From the NCBI GenBank assembly GCA_046760505.1, contig JBHIEG010000013.1:1-57020 (forward strand): a DNA stretch of 57,020 bases. The letters run 5' to 3'. Within the stretch, counting starts at the first letter, position 1, and the number at the start of each line of letters is the position of its first letter. The translations under genes and the position numbers were made by a program. A model generated the notes under the pieces. That model made no database searches. It was not told where the DNA came from and saw nothing but the letters and a program-made list of their open reading frames with translations. Positions 29,657-39,166 of this stretch are shown one piece after another. This DNA comes from Candidatus Hydrothermarchaeota archaeon (GTDB lineage Archaea; CAYFZR01).

Positions 29657-30466
29657 TCATCCGAGCAAATATTCTCTTATTCTTTCAGGATCTATTTTTT
29701 CAATTTTTTCTTGGATTTTCTGATTTATTTTTTCTATCTCTTCCCATAGTTCTCTTACCTCAGGATAAAGTACCCATTCATCTGGTTTTGTTGAATAATC
29801 TTCTCCCTGACCTATAAAGGAGTATACATAAACGACGCATCCCCTGTATTCCCTTTGATTGCCCTGCCAGCGGGTAAATCTACCCGGAAAGATTCCTGCT
29901 ATTTTCATTCCTCCCCTTAGAGCCATCATCTGGGTTATATCGTGCCAAGTCTCTAGAAAGGCAGTGATATATTCGGCTCCGGATTCTTCTATCTTTTCAC
30001 GTATTGCCCAGCCTAATCCATAGGTAATCCTTTTCTCTCTGTAATCTGGATGCGTTCCTAACATAGAGTATTCTATCTCAAGATTCTTATCTTCCTTCGT
30101 AAGCATCGCTACCGTAACAAGCTTGCGAGTCTCTATTTCTTCAACAACCGGCATGCAATGTTTTTTATTTATTCTGTCTCGCTCCCATGTTTCCTTTAGC
30201 GCTACTTTTTCCTCGTATTCCTCTGGAAACAAGATGAATTCATATGGAGATCCATATATCTCTGGATATGATTGCCTCCATAATTCAGCTACTTCTTCAA
30301 CATCATCTCTTCCGATCATCCTAACTCTGTATTTCCCCTTGAAAAAAGGCTTTGATGAAAAATCAGGCCAAATAACTCTTTTGTCTCTTATTTTTCTCGT
30401 TTTGCACGTTTTACCCATCTCTTTAAAGGGTCTGTACTTTGACATGTCCAACTTCATACAAAACAC
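29657..30466 (-). CDS. GNAT-like acetyltransferase-fold protein
   Basis: GTHPDYREKRI (motif-A-like), GMKIAGIFPG. Confidence 0.55.
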   Translation of the reverse strand: MFCMKLDMSKYRPFKEMGKTCKTRKIRDKRVIWPDFSSKPFFKGKYRVRMIGRDDVEEVAELWRQSYPEIYGSPYEFILFPEEYEEKVALKETWERDRINKKHCMPVVEEIETRKLVTVAMLTKEDKNLEIEYSMLGTHPDYREKRITYGLGWAIREKIEESGAEYITAFLETWHDITQMMALRGGMKIAGIFPGRFTRWQGNQREYRGCVVYVYSFIGQGEDYSTKPDEWVLYPEVRELWEEIEKINQKIQEKIEKIDPERIREYLLG

Positions 30467-30685
30467 CTGAGTTATATCTCAATGCTCTTTATATTATTTA
30501 TTTCTCATAAATTTTTTATCTTCTATTTACAATGGAAGAAAAAATGAAGGAAAGTTATTTGAGGGTTGTAAACATCTTTTTGGCAATTTGAGATGAAAAT
30601 TTCCAGCATAGACCACGAATGAAGGGATAACTTAATATACTCATTAGTCACCTTAGGATTGGAGGAAAATTCCAGGGGTCTATAA

Positions 30686-31225
30686 ATGAATAAGACTTTA
30701 GTCGATAAAATGATTAGAGCAGCCAGATTGGACATATCACTGTACGAGGAAGTTGAAAAAGATCCAAATGCCACTAAAGAAGCTTTTCTTGTTGTCGTAA
30801 TAGCATCTGTCTGCGGAGGAATCGGATCTATCACCGCTGGCGGTATTGCGGGTTTAATACTGGGAATAATCATGAGCGTCATTGGATGGGCTATGTGGGC
30901 AGGGATAATCTATCTAATAGGAGTAGTGATACTGAAACACACATCTGATATGGGAGAACTTCTAAGGTGTCTAGGGTTTGCTGATTCCCCGGGTGTTCTG
31001 AATATTTTCGGGATAATACCATTCTTAGGTGGATTGATTAGATTTGTAGTGAGCATATGGTTACTGGTTGCCTTCGTAATAGCGGTTAGACAAGCATTAG
31101 ATGTTGACACAGTCAGGGCCATAGTTATTTCCATTATAGGGTTCTTTGTATATTTAATCCTGCTTACCGTGGTATTCGGAGCCATTTTTGGAGCACTTGG
31201 CCCAATGGCCGCTGCCACACATTAA
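30686..31225 (+). CDS. YIP1-family membrane protein
   Basis: YEEVEKDPNAT.EA, LLRCLGFADSPG, AVRQALD; several TMs. Confidence 0.8.
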   Translation: MNKTLVDKMIRAARLDISLYEEVEKDPNATKEAFLVVVIASVCGGIGSITAGGIAGLILGIIMSVIGWAMWAGIIYLIGVVILKHTSDMGELLRCLGFADSPGVLNIFGIIPFLGGLIRFVVSIWLLVAFVIAVRQALDVDTVRAIVISIIGFFVYLILLTVVFGAIFGALGPMAAATH

Positions 31226-31241
31226 TTCTTTCCTCTCTTTT

Positions 31242-32144
31242 TTATTTTCCAGTTACGAGAAAAAATTCAGCATAATCAGATTCGATTGAATAATTTTTTG
31301 TTGAAGCCGGTATTAATGCCGAGTTGCCTTTTTTTACTGAAACTTTTTCTCTTTTTCTTAAAGTTAAATCGCCATCCATGCAAAAAATTATGTGAAAGGC
31401 TTCATAATCCATATTCATACTGCCCGTGATTTCAAAGAAGTCAACGGTAAAGTATGGAGTATCCAAAAATCTTTTGAATCCTCCAAGAATTCTTGGCTTT
31501 TGAATCAGTTCTTCGACTTCTACTTGCCTTAAAACCTTCAATGCCTTATCTAAATGCAATTCTCTTCCCCTTCCAAAGTCATAAATCCTGTAAGTTATAT
31601 CAGAATTTGTTGATAATTCTATAACCCTAGTTCCTCTTCCAAGGGCGTGGATCACGCCTGATGGAATGAAGAAAGAATCAAATTTGTTAACATTTATTTT
31701 ATTCAATTTTTTCTCAATATTTTCATCGAATATCAATTCTCTTTTAAATCCCAGATATAAAAAGCCATCTTCGGAATCTAAAACAATCCACCCTTCTTCT
31801 TTTCCATGATCATTCTCACCTAAATCTTGAACATCTTTTTCTGAGGGATGCACTTGAATGCTTAGGTTTTCATTCGCATCTATTATTTTTAAAAGAATCG
31901 GAAAGTAATCGTATTTTTGGCTTAGAACTCCAAGAATTTTTTCTCTATACTCATTAAAAACATCAATAAAACTGTAAATCTTATCGTTAAGTATTACATA
32001 AGAAGGATTTGATGGATGGGCCGAAAATTCCCAAGATTCTCCAATTTTGTTACATTCTACTCCCTTAAGATCACATATGTACCTACCGCCCCATGGTTTT
32101 TTTACGAGATTATGTGTTGCCTGTAGTAAAAACTCTGGAAACAT
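31242..32144 (-). CDS. manA: Type I phosphomannose isomerase
   Basis: KPWGG, GESWEFSAHP, LSIQVHP, GKEEGW, HALG, SDITYRIYDFGRGRELH; start moved to 32144. Confidence 0.88.
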   Translation of the reverse strand: MFPEFLLQATHNLVKKPWGGRYICDLKGVECNKIGESWEFSAHPSNPSYVILNDKIYSFIDVFNEYREKILGVLSQKYDYFPILLKIIDANENLSIQVHPSEKDVQDLGENDHGKEEGWIVLDSEDGFLYLGFKRELIFDENIEKKLNKINVNKFDSFFIPSGVIHALGRGTRVIELSTNSDITYRIYDFGRGRELHLDKALKVLRQVEVEELIQKPRILGGFKRFLDTPYFTVDFFEITGSMNMDYEAFHIIFCMDGDLTLRKREKVSVKKGNSALIPASTKNYSIESDYAEFFLVTGK

Positions 32145-32233
32145 CAAATAATGCTTTATGAAAAAAATACATATAGTTTTTATCATCTCAGGAAGAGTAA
32201 ATATTTTATAAGTCTATGATTTTTTCTATCTAT

Positions 32234-33277
32234 ATGTTCAAGCCCCTTCATAAGAAAAGCAAAAAGCTCTCTGCTCATAGGAAAAATGAAACAAATGATA
32301 TCGTAAAGAGAAAAGGAATCATCACCGCTAACAGAGTACATCTCACCAAGTACCCTATTGATAATCCAGTCGCCATATTCAATCCCTCTATAATCACTGA
32401 AAACGATAAAATCACGATTTACGGGCGAATTGTTTTGGGGTACTTCACCTATGCGAGTGCAATAGCGGAGATATCAGTGGGAATAGAAGATATCTATAAC
32501 AGACTTCCCACCCACTATACTGCCGAAATTACCGTATATCCAGACAGTAAATTCGATGTCTGGGGAGTGGAAGACCCAAGAGTCTATGAAATAGATGGAA
32601 TGAGGCTTCTTACCTATTGTGGCAGAACAGTCAACTACTTTGATCCATCCGTAAGAGTTGAAAGAACACTGCCTGTTACAGCAATATTCGATGGAGAGAA
32701 ATGGAGAAAGCTTTGCGTTTTCAGAATGCCGGTAGAACTAAGGGGATTCACAATAAGTGATAAAGATGCATTCATTGTCAAGATAAAGGACAGGCTTAAG
32801 CTTTTCCACAGGCCCCACATGAAGGATGAGAAATTCTACTTGGTGATTAGCAATATCCCAAAAGATGTACTTGAGTTCAAGGAATGTAAAGAGGTAAGCA
32901 TCAAATCGCCTGCACTAGCCTTTGATCAGGCGAAATTTGAGGAAAAGATTGGATGGGGGACACCCCCAGTCAAAATCGACGGGGAATATTTGTTACTTCT
33001 TCATGGAGTAGATGCAGTAACAAAATGCTACAGGGTATTTGCAATTCTAATGAACGAAGAAGGCGAGGTAACCGCAGTCACTCCCTATTATATAATGGAG
33101 CCAAAAGAAAATTATGAAATTTATGGCGACAGACCCTTCACCGTTTATCCTTGCGGAGCGGTGATCATTGATGAGAAGTTAATAATCTCTTACGGCGCAG
33201 CAGATTGTGCGATAGGGATGGGTGAGATAGATATAACTGAGATTATGTCTATTCTTGATTCAAACAGAATTATTTGA
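32234..33277 (+). CDS. GH130-like glycosidase / mannoside phosphorylase
   Basis: IFNPS, GVEDPRV, DKDAF, HRP, KIGWGTPP, HGVD, VYPCGA, YGAAD; alternative start 32216. Confidence 0.82.
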   Translation: MFKPLHKKSKKLSAHRKNETNDIVKRKGIITANRVHLTKYPIDNPVAIFNPSIITENDKITIYGRIVLGYFTYASAIAEISVGIEDIYNRLPTHYTAEITVYPDSKFDVWGVEDPRVYEIDGMRLLTYCGRTVNYFDPSVRVERTLPVTAIFDGEKWRKLCVFRMPVELRGFTISDKDAFIVKIKDRLKLFHRPHMKDEKFYLVISNIPKDVLEFKECKEVSIKSPALAFDQAKFEEKIGWGTPPVKIDGEYLLLLHGVDAVTKCYRVFAILMNEEGEVTAVTPYYIMEPKENYEIYGDRPFTVYPCGAVIIDEKLIISYGAADCAIGMGEIDITEIMSILDSNRII

Positions 33278-34313
33278 GTTCCTCGTACAACATTATAAAT
33301 TTTTGAGCAATTTTGTCACTTCTGTTTTCTTCAACAAATTTTTTAGCAGCATCTGCAATCTTTTTCCTGTAATTTTCATCATCTACAAGTTTTTCTATTT
33401 TTCTCCTCAAATCTTTCACGTTTTGGTATGGGATCACAGGTCTAACGCCATTTATGGATGGTAAAAGCTCAAAATGCTTTGTGTTTGGTACGACAGTTGG
33501 GGTTAAAGATCCAAGGCACTGTGAAAGAGTGGATGAAACAACAATGCAATTTGTTCTCCCTTTCGGTAACAGATGAATGTCGGAGGAATGCAAATATTTG
33601 TAAATTTCATCGTTTTCGAGTTTTTTCTGCTTTTGTTTTAACCAAGGAAAATCAAAGGGTAAGGGACCGTTAGATCTAATAACTTCATACACTAAATCGT
33701 ACTTTGAGTTTAAGATTTTTAGGACTTCGATGTAATCCTTATATTCATTTGGAGGCTGCCTCCCAAAGCTGAAGAACACAAGTTTCTCCTCGCCAAATCT
33801 CCTATTACCTTTAGAAACCGGATAGCAAGGATAAGGTATAATTCTGACCTGCTCATTTTTGATCATGTTGTTTTTATATCTGTGATCAAAGGCTACGACT
33901 GCATCGAATATTCGCAAATTAGAGTACTTGATGTCTTCCTTTTTCCCTTCATGTATCACAGCCACTACCTTTGTTTTCTCTTTGATCTTTTTTACCAAAT
34001 GCTCAAGTTCAGAGTATGGCAAGCTAGAGTAAGATTCTACTATCAAATAATCCAAATCTTCTGAGATTATCTTATCTTCATCAATTCCTCCACCAATCAT
34101 GGTTTCAGGATCTAATTCTTGGTAACATCGGATTATATAGTCCTCATCGTTTCTTATTATTTTGTGATGCCACCACTTATTTGCAGAACTCACGTAGGGA
34201 GCAAAAATCTTAACGTCATAGCCCATCTCGATGAACTCTTTGGCGATAATTTCGGCATGCATCGAAACTCCGCAAGTAGCATTCCATCTTGTGAAGATCC
34301 CTATGGTGTACAT
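33270..34313 (-). CDS. Glycosyltransferase (GT-B, family 4-like)
   Basis: WNATCGVSMHAE N-terminus, FSFGRQ, C-terminal LRRKIEKLVDDENYRKKI..AAKKFVE. Confidence 0.75.
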   Translation of the reverse strand: MYTIGIFTRWNATCGVSMHAEIIAKEFIEMGYDVKIFAPYVSSANKWWHHKIIRNDEDYIIRCYQELDPETMIGGGIDEDKIISEDLDYLIVESYSSLPYSELEHLVKKIKEKTKVVAVIHEGKKEDIKYSNLRIFDAVVAFDHRYKNNMIKNEQVRIIPYPCYPVSKGNRRFGEEKLVFFSFGRQPPNEYKDYIEVLKILNSKYDLVYEVIRSNGPLPFDFPWLKQKQKKLENDEIYKYLHSSDIHLLPKGRTNCIVVSSTLSQCLGSLTPTVVPNTKHFELLPSINGVRPVIPYQNVKDLRRKIEKLVDDENYRKKIADAAKKFVEENRSDKIAQKFIMLYEELK

Positions 34314-34522
34314 AGGAACCCTCCTTGAGAGCAGTAAAATTAATCTTGGGAATATTATTTGTTAAAGTTATAGATAAATCTAACCCGTTCGATATATTTA
34401 TCAATTTATGAGAACAATGCAATTTTCCAATAACCATGTTATCAAGTATCATAATTAATTAGGATAAATGAGAAAGCTTCGAATGGGGAATAAGAGAAAT
34501 AAGCACTGAAATGGGGGGTACT

Positions 34523-34687
34523 ATGATAATAGTGGACGATGTAATTAAAATTTCAGCTCAATTAAACACGATCAACAACATGCTGATTTCCTTGGTTGAG
34601 TTACTAGAGGAGAAGGAAATACTTAGCCGAGAAGAATGGGAAAAGAAAATAAAAGAAAAAGAAGGAAGAGAATCTAGCAATCTCTGA
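34523..34687 (+). CDS. Small 54-aa protein not in the ORF track (MIIVDDVIKISAQLNTINNMLISLVELLEEKEILSREEWEKKIKEKEGRESSNL)
   Basis: Manual translation; GGGGGT upstream; amphipathic LVELLEEKEILSREEWEKKIKE; stop 10 bp before the convergent gene. Confidence 0.65.
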   Translation: MIIVDDVIKISAQLNTINNMLISLVELLEEKEILSREEWEKKIKEKEGRESSNL

Positions 34688-34697
34688 AATTCTTTTA

Positions 34698-35423
34698 CTA
34701 TCTATAAATATCTCCAACAATTAAACCATCCTTCAATCGAACTATCCTATCTGCCTTTTCAGCCATCTCAGAATCGTGGGTTACCATTATTATGGTTTGA
34801 CCTTTTTCCTTATTCAATTTGAGTAAAAGATCGATTATTTCATGGGAAGTTTTTGTGTCCACATTGCCAGTAGGCTCGTCTGCCAATATAAGCGAAGGAT
34901 GATTGGCAAGTGCTCTTGCTATTCCCACCCTCTGTTGCTCCCCTCCTGATAAAAGTCTTGCCTTTGTATTCAGCCTCTCTCCTAGACCTACTTCTTCTAA
35001 CAATTTTTTAGATTTTTCTCGGGCTTCTTCATCCGAAATACCTGCCATCATCATCGGAAGCATGACATTCTCCAGTGCACTTAGATCATTCAGCAAATTA
35101 TATGCTTGGAAAACGAATCCAATTTCTTTCAGTCTTAAATCAGATCTTTGTTTTTCATCCAATTCAGAAATATCATCGCCCCTCAAGTATATCTCACCTG
35201 ACGTGGGAGAATCAAGCATTCCGATAAGGTTTAAAAGCGTTGATTTTCCAGATCCCGAAGGACCCATGATGGCTACAAACTCTCCCTTTCTAACCCTAAG
35301 ATTAACTCCTCTTAAAACTTTTATCAACAATTCTCCAACTTGGTAATCTTTCACCAGATCTTTGGTGATTACGATATATTCATCACGGCTGAAGTTACTC
35401 CCGTCATTACCTCCATTATTCAT
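34698..35423 (-). CDS. LolD/MacB-type ABC ATP-binding protein
   Basis: GPSGSGKST, IGFVFQAYNL, LSGGEQQRV, ADEPTGNVD; start moved to 35423 (ATGA overlap with permease stop). Confidence 0.92.
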   Translation of the reverse strand: MNNGGNDGSNFSRDEYIVITKDLVKDYQVGELLIKVLRGVNLRVRKGEFVAIMGPSGSGKSTLLNLIGMLDSPTSGEIYLRGDDISELDEKQRSDLRLKEIGFVFQAYNLLNDLSALENVMLPMMMAGISDEEAREKSKKLLEEVGLGERLNTKARLLSGGEQQRVGIARALANHPSLILADEPTGNVDTKTSHEIIDLLLKLNKEKGQTIIMVTHDSEMAEKADRIVRLKDGLIVGDIYR

Positions 35424-36589
35424 CTTTCCAACCCTCTTATGGCGTCGATTATGTTTATCCTGCTCGCTTTTATGGCAGGATAGGTTCCTGCTATGATGCA
35501 AGTAAGAAATGTTACAAGAGAAGATGTTAAAGCTACATTTACGCTATAAACAGCGCTGAAATAACCGTACACAGGATCATACATAGGATGGAAAATTAAA
35601 TATTGGATTACGGAAAAACCAAATATGTTGCCGAATATTACGCCAAGAATTCCAATTAAGATTGCTTCTCCCAAGAAAACATATAAAATAAACGAGTTTC
35701 TTCCCCCTATAGCCTTCAATATTCCTATCTCATGGGTTCTGTTGATCACCGTTATGTACATCATGACCACTACCGCTATTGATGCCGCGAAAAGAGTTAT
35801 TCCTCCCACGATGAGAGAAACTAAGTAATACTGCTCCATCAAAGCCCTGACAAATTCTACCTTGTCTATCCAGGTCTTCACCTTTCCATGAACGTTTTGC
35901 TGCATAACAAGGTATTTCATTTTATCTACTTCTTCTGGATCCGTTACCCTGATGGCAATTTCAGTCGCATCATCTCCAAGACCAAGAACATCCCTTAACT
36001 CATCCAGATTTAATATTAACATTCCGCTATCGATGAAATCTAAATCGGTATGAACCAAACCTTTAATCTTGTAGTCTCTTTCGACGCCGTTTTTGAAAAT
36101 AACTTGAACTTTATCTCCTACCTTAGCGTTTAACTTTTCTGCTAAATTATCTCCCAAAATGATACTTTTCCTATCGTTATCCGTTATGAAACTGCCTTCT
36201 TTAATTTTTGCAGAGATTATAGTGACCCTGTTTTCCTTTGATGGAATGATTCCAAGTATGCTACATCTCTCATCCTCAGTTTTTCTTATCACAATTCCCT
36301 CTGAATTAATCCTAGGAGACTCTCCCAGTGCTCCGGGCATCAAGTTTAGCTTTTTTTCTACACTTTTTACGTTTGTAATATAGTCTTCGTCCTCTCCGGG
36401 CTCGACGATCAAGTGACCTGAGACTATGTTTACCGTTCTGTCTATCATTGTCCTTTCCCACCACTTCATCGTCCCCATGTAGACCATGAAGGTGGTTGAT
36501 CCTACGGATATAGCTAAAACAAGCAAGGCAAACATTTTCCAGTTCGTTTTCAGATCTTTAGTGATTAAGAAAAACTCAGTCCTCATCAC
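35420..36589 (-). CDS. FtsX/LolC-E/MacB-type ABC permease (paralog A)
   Basis: TVINRTHEIGILKAIG, GTYPAIKASR. Confidence 0.9.
   Translation of the reverse strand: MMRTEFFLITKDLKTNWKMFALLVLAISVGSTTFMVYMGTMKWWERTMIDRTVNIVSGHLIVEPGEDEDYITNVKSVEKKLNLMPGALGESPRINSEGIVIRKTEDERCSILGIIPSKENRVTIISAKIKEGSFITDNDRKSIILGDNLAEKLNAKVGDKVQVIFKNGVERDYKIKGLVHTDLDFIDSGMLILNLDELRDVLGLGDDATEIAIRVTDPEEVDKMKYLVMQQNVHGKVKTWIDKVEFVRALMEQYYLVSLIVGGITLFAASIAVVVMMYITVINRTHEIGILKAIGGRNSFILYVFLGEAILIGILGVIFGNIFGFSVIQYLIFHPMYDPVYGYFSAVYSVNVALTSSLVTFLTCIIAGTYPAIKASRINIIDAIRGLER
35664..35770. repeat. 107-bp identical tract, copy 1
   Basis: Identical to 36824-36930 (offset 1160). Confidence 0.9.
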
Positions 36590-37770
36590 ATACCCCTAAT
36601 AGCTTCAATTACGTTCAGTCTGCTAGCCTTAATCGCTGGATATATCCCTGCGAGTATGCATGTAACCATAGTTACCACGGATGACGTGATACCAACGTTT
36701 AAATCGTAGACCGCTGATATGTATCCGTAGATAGGATCATAGATTGGATTTAACTCAAAATATTTAATGATAAAAAATCCTAGGATGTTTCCAAAAATTG
36801 TCCCAAGCAACCCTATGACTATGGCTTCTCCCAAGAAAACATATAAAATAAACGAGTTTCTTCCCCCTATAGCCTTCAATATTCCTATCTCATGGGTTCT
36901 GTTGATCACCGTTATGTACATCATGACCACAATTGCTACAGCAGCTGCGAACAATGTTATACCGCCAAACAGAGCCATTTGATCTTTTGAAAGTTCTATC
37001 ACGGCTAAAATAAAGGCTAATTTATCTTTCCAAGTCTTCACCTTTCCATGAACATTTTGCTGCATGATGAGATATTTCATATTGTCTACATTATCTAAGT
37101 TGGTTGTTCTAATGACTATTTCAGTTGCCTGATCTCCTAGATTCAAGACATCCTTTATTTCATCCAGACCGACTATGACCATGTTGCTATCGATTTCGTC
37201 GAGATCTGTGTGGATTATGCCCTTGATGATGTAGTCTCTTCTTTCTCCATTTCTGTAGGTAATTCTGACTTTGTCTCCTAATTTAGCTTTAATTTTATCA
37301 GCAAGCTTATTTCCAATAACAATGTTCTCTCTATCTTTGTCTGATATGAAAGAACCCTCTTTTATTTTTTTGGAAAGTATGGTTACGGTATCTTCTTTTG
37401 ATGGAGTAATACCCTGTAAAGTGCAGGTTTCTAACTCATTTTTCCTGCCAATAATAGCGTCTGTATCTATTCTAGGTGATATGCCGGTTACTCCGGGAAT
37501 CAAGAGGATTTTTTTCTCTACCGTTTTTATTCCAGATATGTACTTCTTATCTTCCAGCGGTTCTACTATAATGTGTCCAACATGGGTGTTTACTGTTCTG
37601 TCTATCATTTTATCGACGAAATCTGTCATGAAACCCATCATCACCGCGTAATTCGCAGCGCCAATGCTTATCGCTAAAACTAAAAGGGCAACCATTTTTC
37701 TGTATGTTTTTACATCTCTGAATATCAAGAAAAGAACTGTTTTAAAAGAACTCACTTCTTTCTTCTCCAT
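36586..37770 (-). CDS. FtsX/LolC-E/MacB-type ABC permease (paralog B)
   Basis: TVINRTHEIGILKAIG, GIYPAIKASR. Confidence 0.9.
   Translation of the reverse strand: MEKKEVSSFKTVLFLIFRDVKTYRKMVALLVLAISIGAANYAVMMGFMTDFVDKMIDRTVNTHVGHIIVEPLEDKKYISGIKTVEKKILLIPGVTGISPRIDTDAIIGRKNELETCTLQGITPSKEDTVTILSKKIKEGSFISDKDRENIVIGNKLADKIKAKLGDKVRITYRNGERRDYIIKGIIHTDLDEIDSNMVIVGLDEIKDVLNLGDQATEIVIRTTNLDNVDNMKYLIMQQNVHGKVKTWKDKLAFILAVIELSKDQMALFGGITLFAAAVAIVVMMYITVINRTHEIGILKAIGGRNSFILYVFLGEAIVIGLLGTIFGNILGFFIIKYFELNPIYDPIYGYISAVYDLNVGITSSVVTMVTCILAGIYPAIKASRLNVIEAIRGM
36824..36930. repeat. 107-bp identical tract, copy 2
   Basis: Identical to 35664-35770. Confidence 0.9.
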
Positions 37771-38993
37771 AGGAGTATTCCTATAATTAAGAGCAAAATG
37801 ACCAATCCAGCTAAGATTAAAGAAACAGCACCTTCATCTTTATAAACAGTTAAGTTGAGAGGCTCTGATAGGATGTGCTCCCCGAAATCGTCGCTGTACT
37901 TCACGATTAGGGTGTAGGGGATAGTCCCTCTTTCAGAGGGAGTAAAGGTGAATACCGCTGGGGCATCTTCATCAGGCTCTATTTTACCAAGAAAAGCCTT
38001 CCTTGTACCTTGGAAGGGCAGGTCTACCTCTGCGTATACGCTTTTTGCATCATCCTTTCCCACGTTCTCCAGTCTTACAATGAGGTTACAGTGTTCCCCC
38101 TCTATCACCTTAGAAGGATCGGTGGTTATGCTTGCTATATTCAACTCTGCCTTTCCCCTTATCTGCAAGCCTACCATTTCTATCTGATTCATGGTTAAGT
38201 CGTCTTCGTTGGTAAAATTCAAAATCACAGGGACGGATTGAAGGCCCAGTTCTGCTTTATCGTTGGAGATGAGATTAAATGAAATATTTTTGCTCTGGTA
38301 TACATCTAGTTCTTTTATAAATATGTTATCAGGCCCGGTAGATGAAAATTCTGTCCCTTCCAGTTTTATTTGAACATTGATATCCTTTACCTTGGCCTCG
38401 CCTGTATTCTTCAGTGTCATTTTAATGCTAAAAGCCTTACCAGGTTCTACATATTCTGGAATTTCTTTATCAACGGTTAACGCAGGTGTTTTAGCGTAGA
38501 CTCTTACAGGGATAGCCCAGTTGTTCTTGTATGTAATCTTATCCCAGTTCTTCCATGATGGTCCAAGAGTACTGGGGGCTTCGTAAGACAAGAAATAACC
38601 TGTGTATTCGGTATGCAAATTTAAACTGTAAGTTTCTGCCTTTGCAAACGACATCACGGAAACAACGAACGAAACAGCGTACGTATCTTCTGGATTCATA
38701 GTTCCTAACCTCATTCTACCGTTTTCTACCTTTATAAAATTGTTTCCCTCGAGATCGATCAGAATGTCTTTAGCAGGAGCTCCACCATTGTTTTTTATCA
38801 CTATTTTTAAAATTCCTGAGTCTCCTGGTTTCAATTTCTCTGTAGTGCCTGTCAATTCATAATCAACCACGAGTGCTGTGGCAGAAGGTTGGTAAATAGA
38901 GGTTGGTATCTGGGCTAAAGCTAAAAAAGGTAGGATTATTGTTGCTAAGAATAAAAATATAGATAACATTGATTTTTTTTCACATTCAGACAT
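37752..38993 (-). CDS. COG1361 S-layer-domain (Ig-like repeat) cell-surface protein
   Basis: Signal peptide, repeated PG..(L/F).I.(I/L)KN.G...AK units, C-terminal TM + WRRKK; heads the ABC exporter operon. Confidence 0.8.
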   Translation of the reverse strand: MSECEKKSMLSIFLFLATIILPFLALAQIPTSIYQPSATALVVDYELTGTTEKLKPGDSGILKIVIKNNGGAPAKDILIDLEGNNFIKVENGRMRLGTMNPEDTYAVSFVVSVMSFAKAETYSLNLHTEYTGYFLSYEAPSTLGPSWKNWDKITYKNNWAIPVRVYAKTPALTVDKEIPEYVEPGKAFSIKMTLKNTGEAKVKDINVQIKLEGTEFSSTGPDNIFIKELDVYQSKNISFNLISNDKAELGLQSVPVILNFTNEDDLTMNQIEMVGLQIRGKAELNIASITTDPSKVIEGEHCNLIVRLENVGKDDAKSVYAEVDLPFQGTRKAFLGKIEPDEDAPAVFTFTPSERGTIPYTLIVKYSDDFGEHILSEPLNLTVYKDEGAVSLILAGLVILLLIIGILLWRRKK

Positions 38994-39166
38994 CTTATCA
39001 CCTGCTTTTTTGAATTTGTAAACTTTTGAAGGCTATCATTCTTCTCACAGGCTTAACTTGTAGGTCTGTTTTGTTTTCAGAGCCTTTTTTCATAGCCTCA
39101 GCAAAACTTAATTTTTTTGCTATTTAAGCGTTTTGCATTGTTTTTTCTTGAAAATATGTTGAGATA

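Noticed and set aside
34698-35501. Long N-terminal extensions in the ORF track (also 5811, 16091, 24959, 28945, 45066)
   Set aside because: The extensions overlap neighbouring genes or promoters; downstream ATGs with RBS or family-typical N-termini fit better
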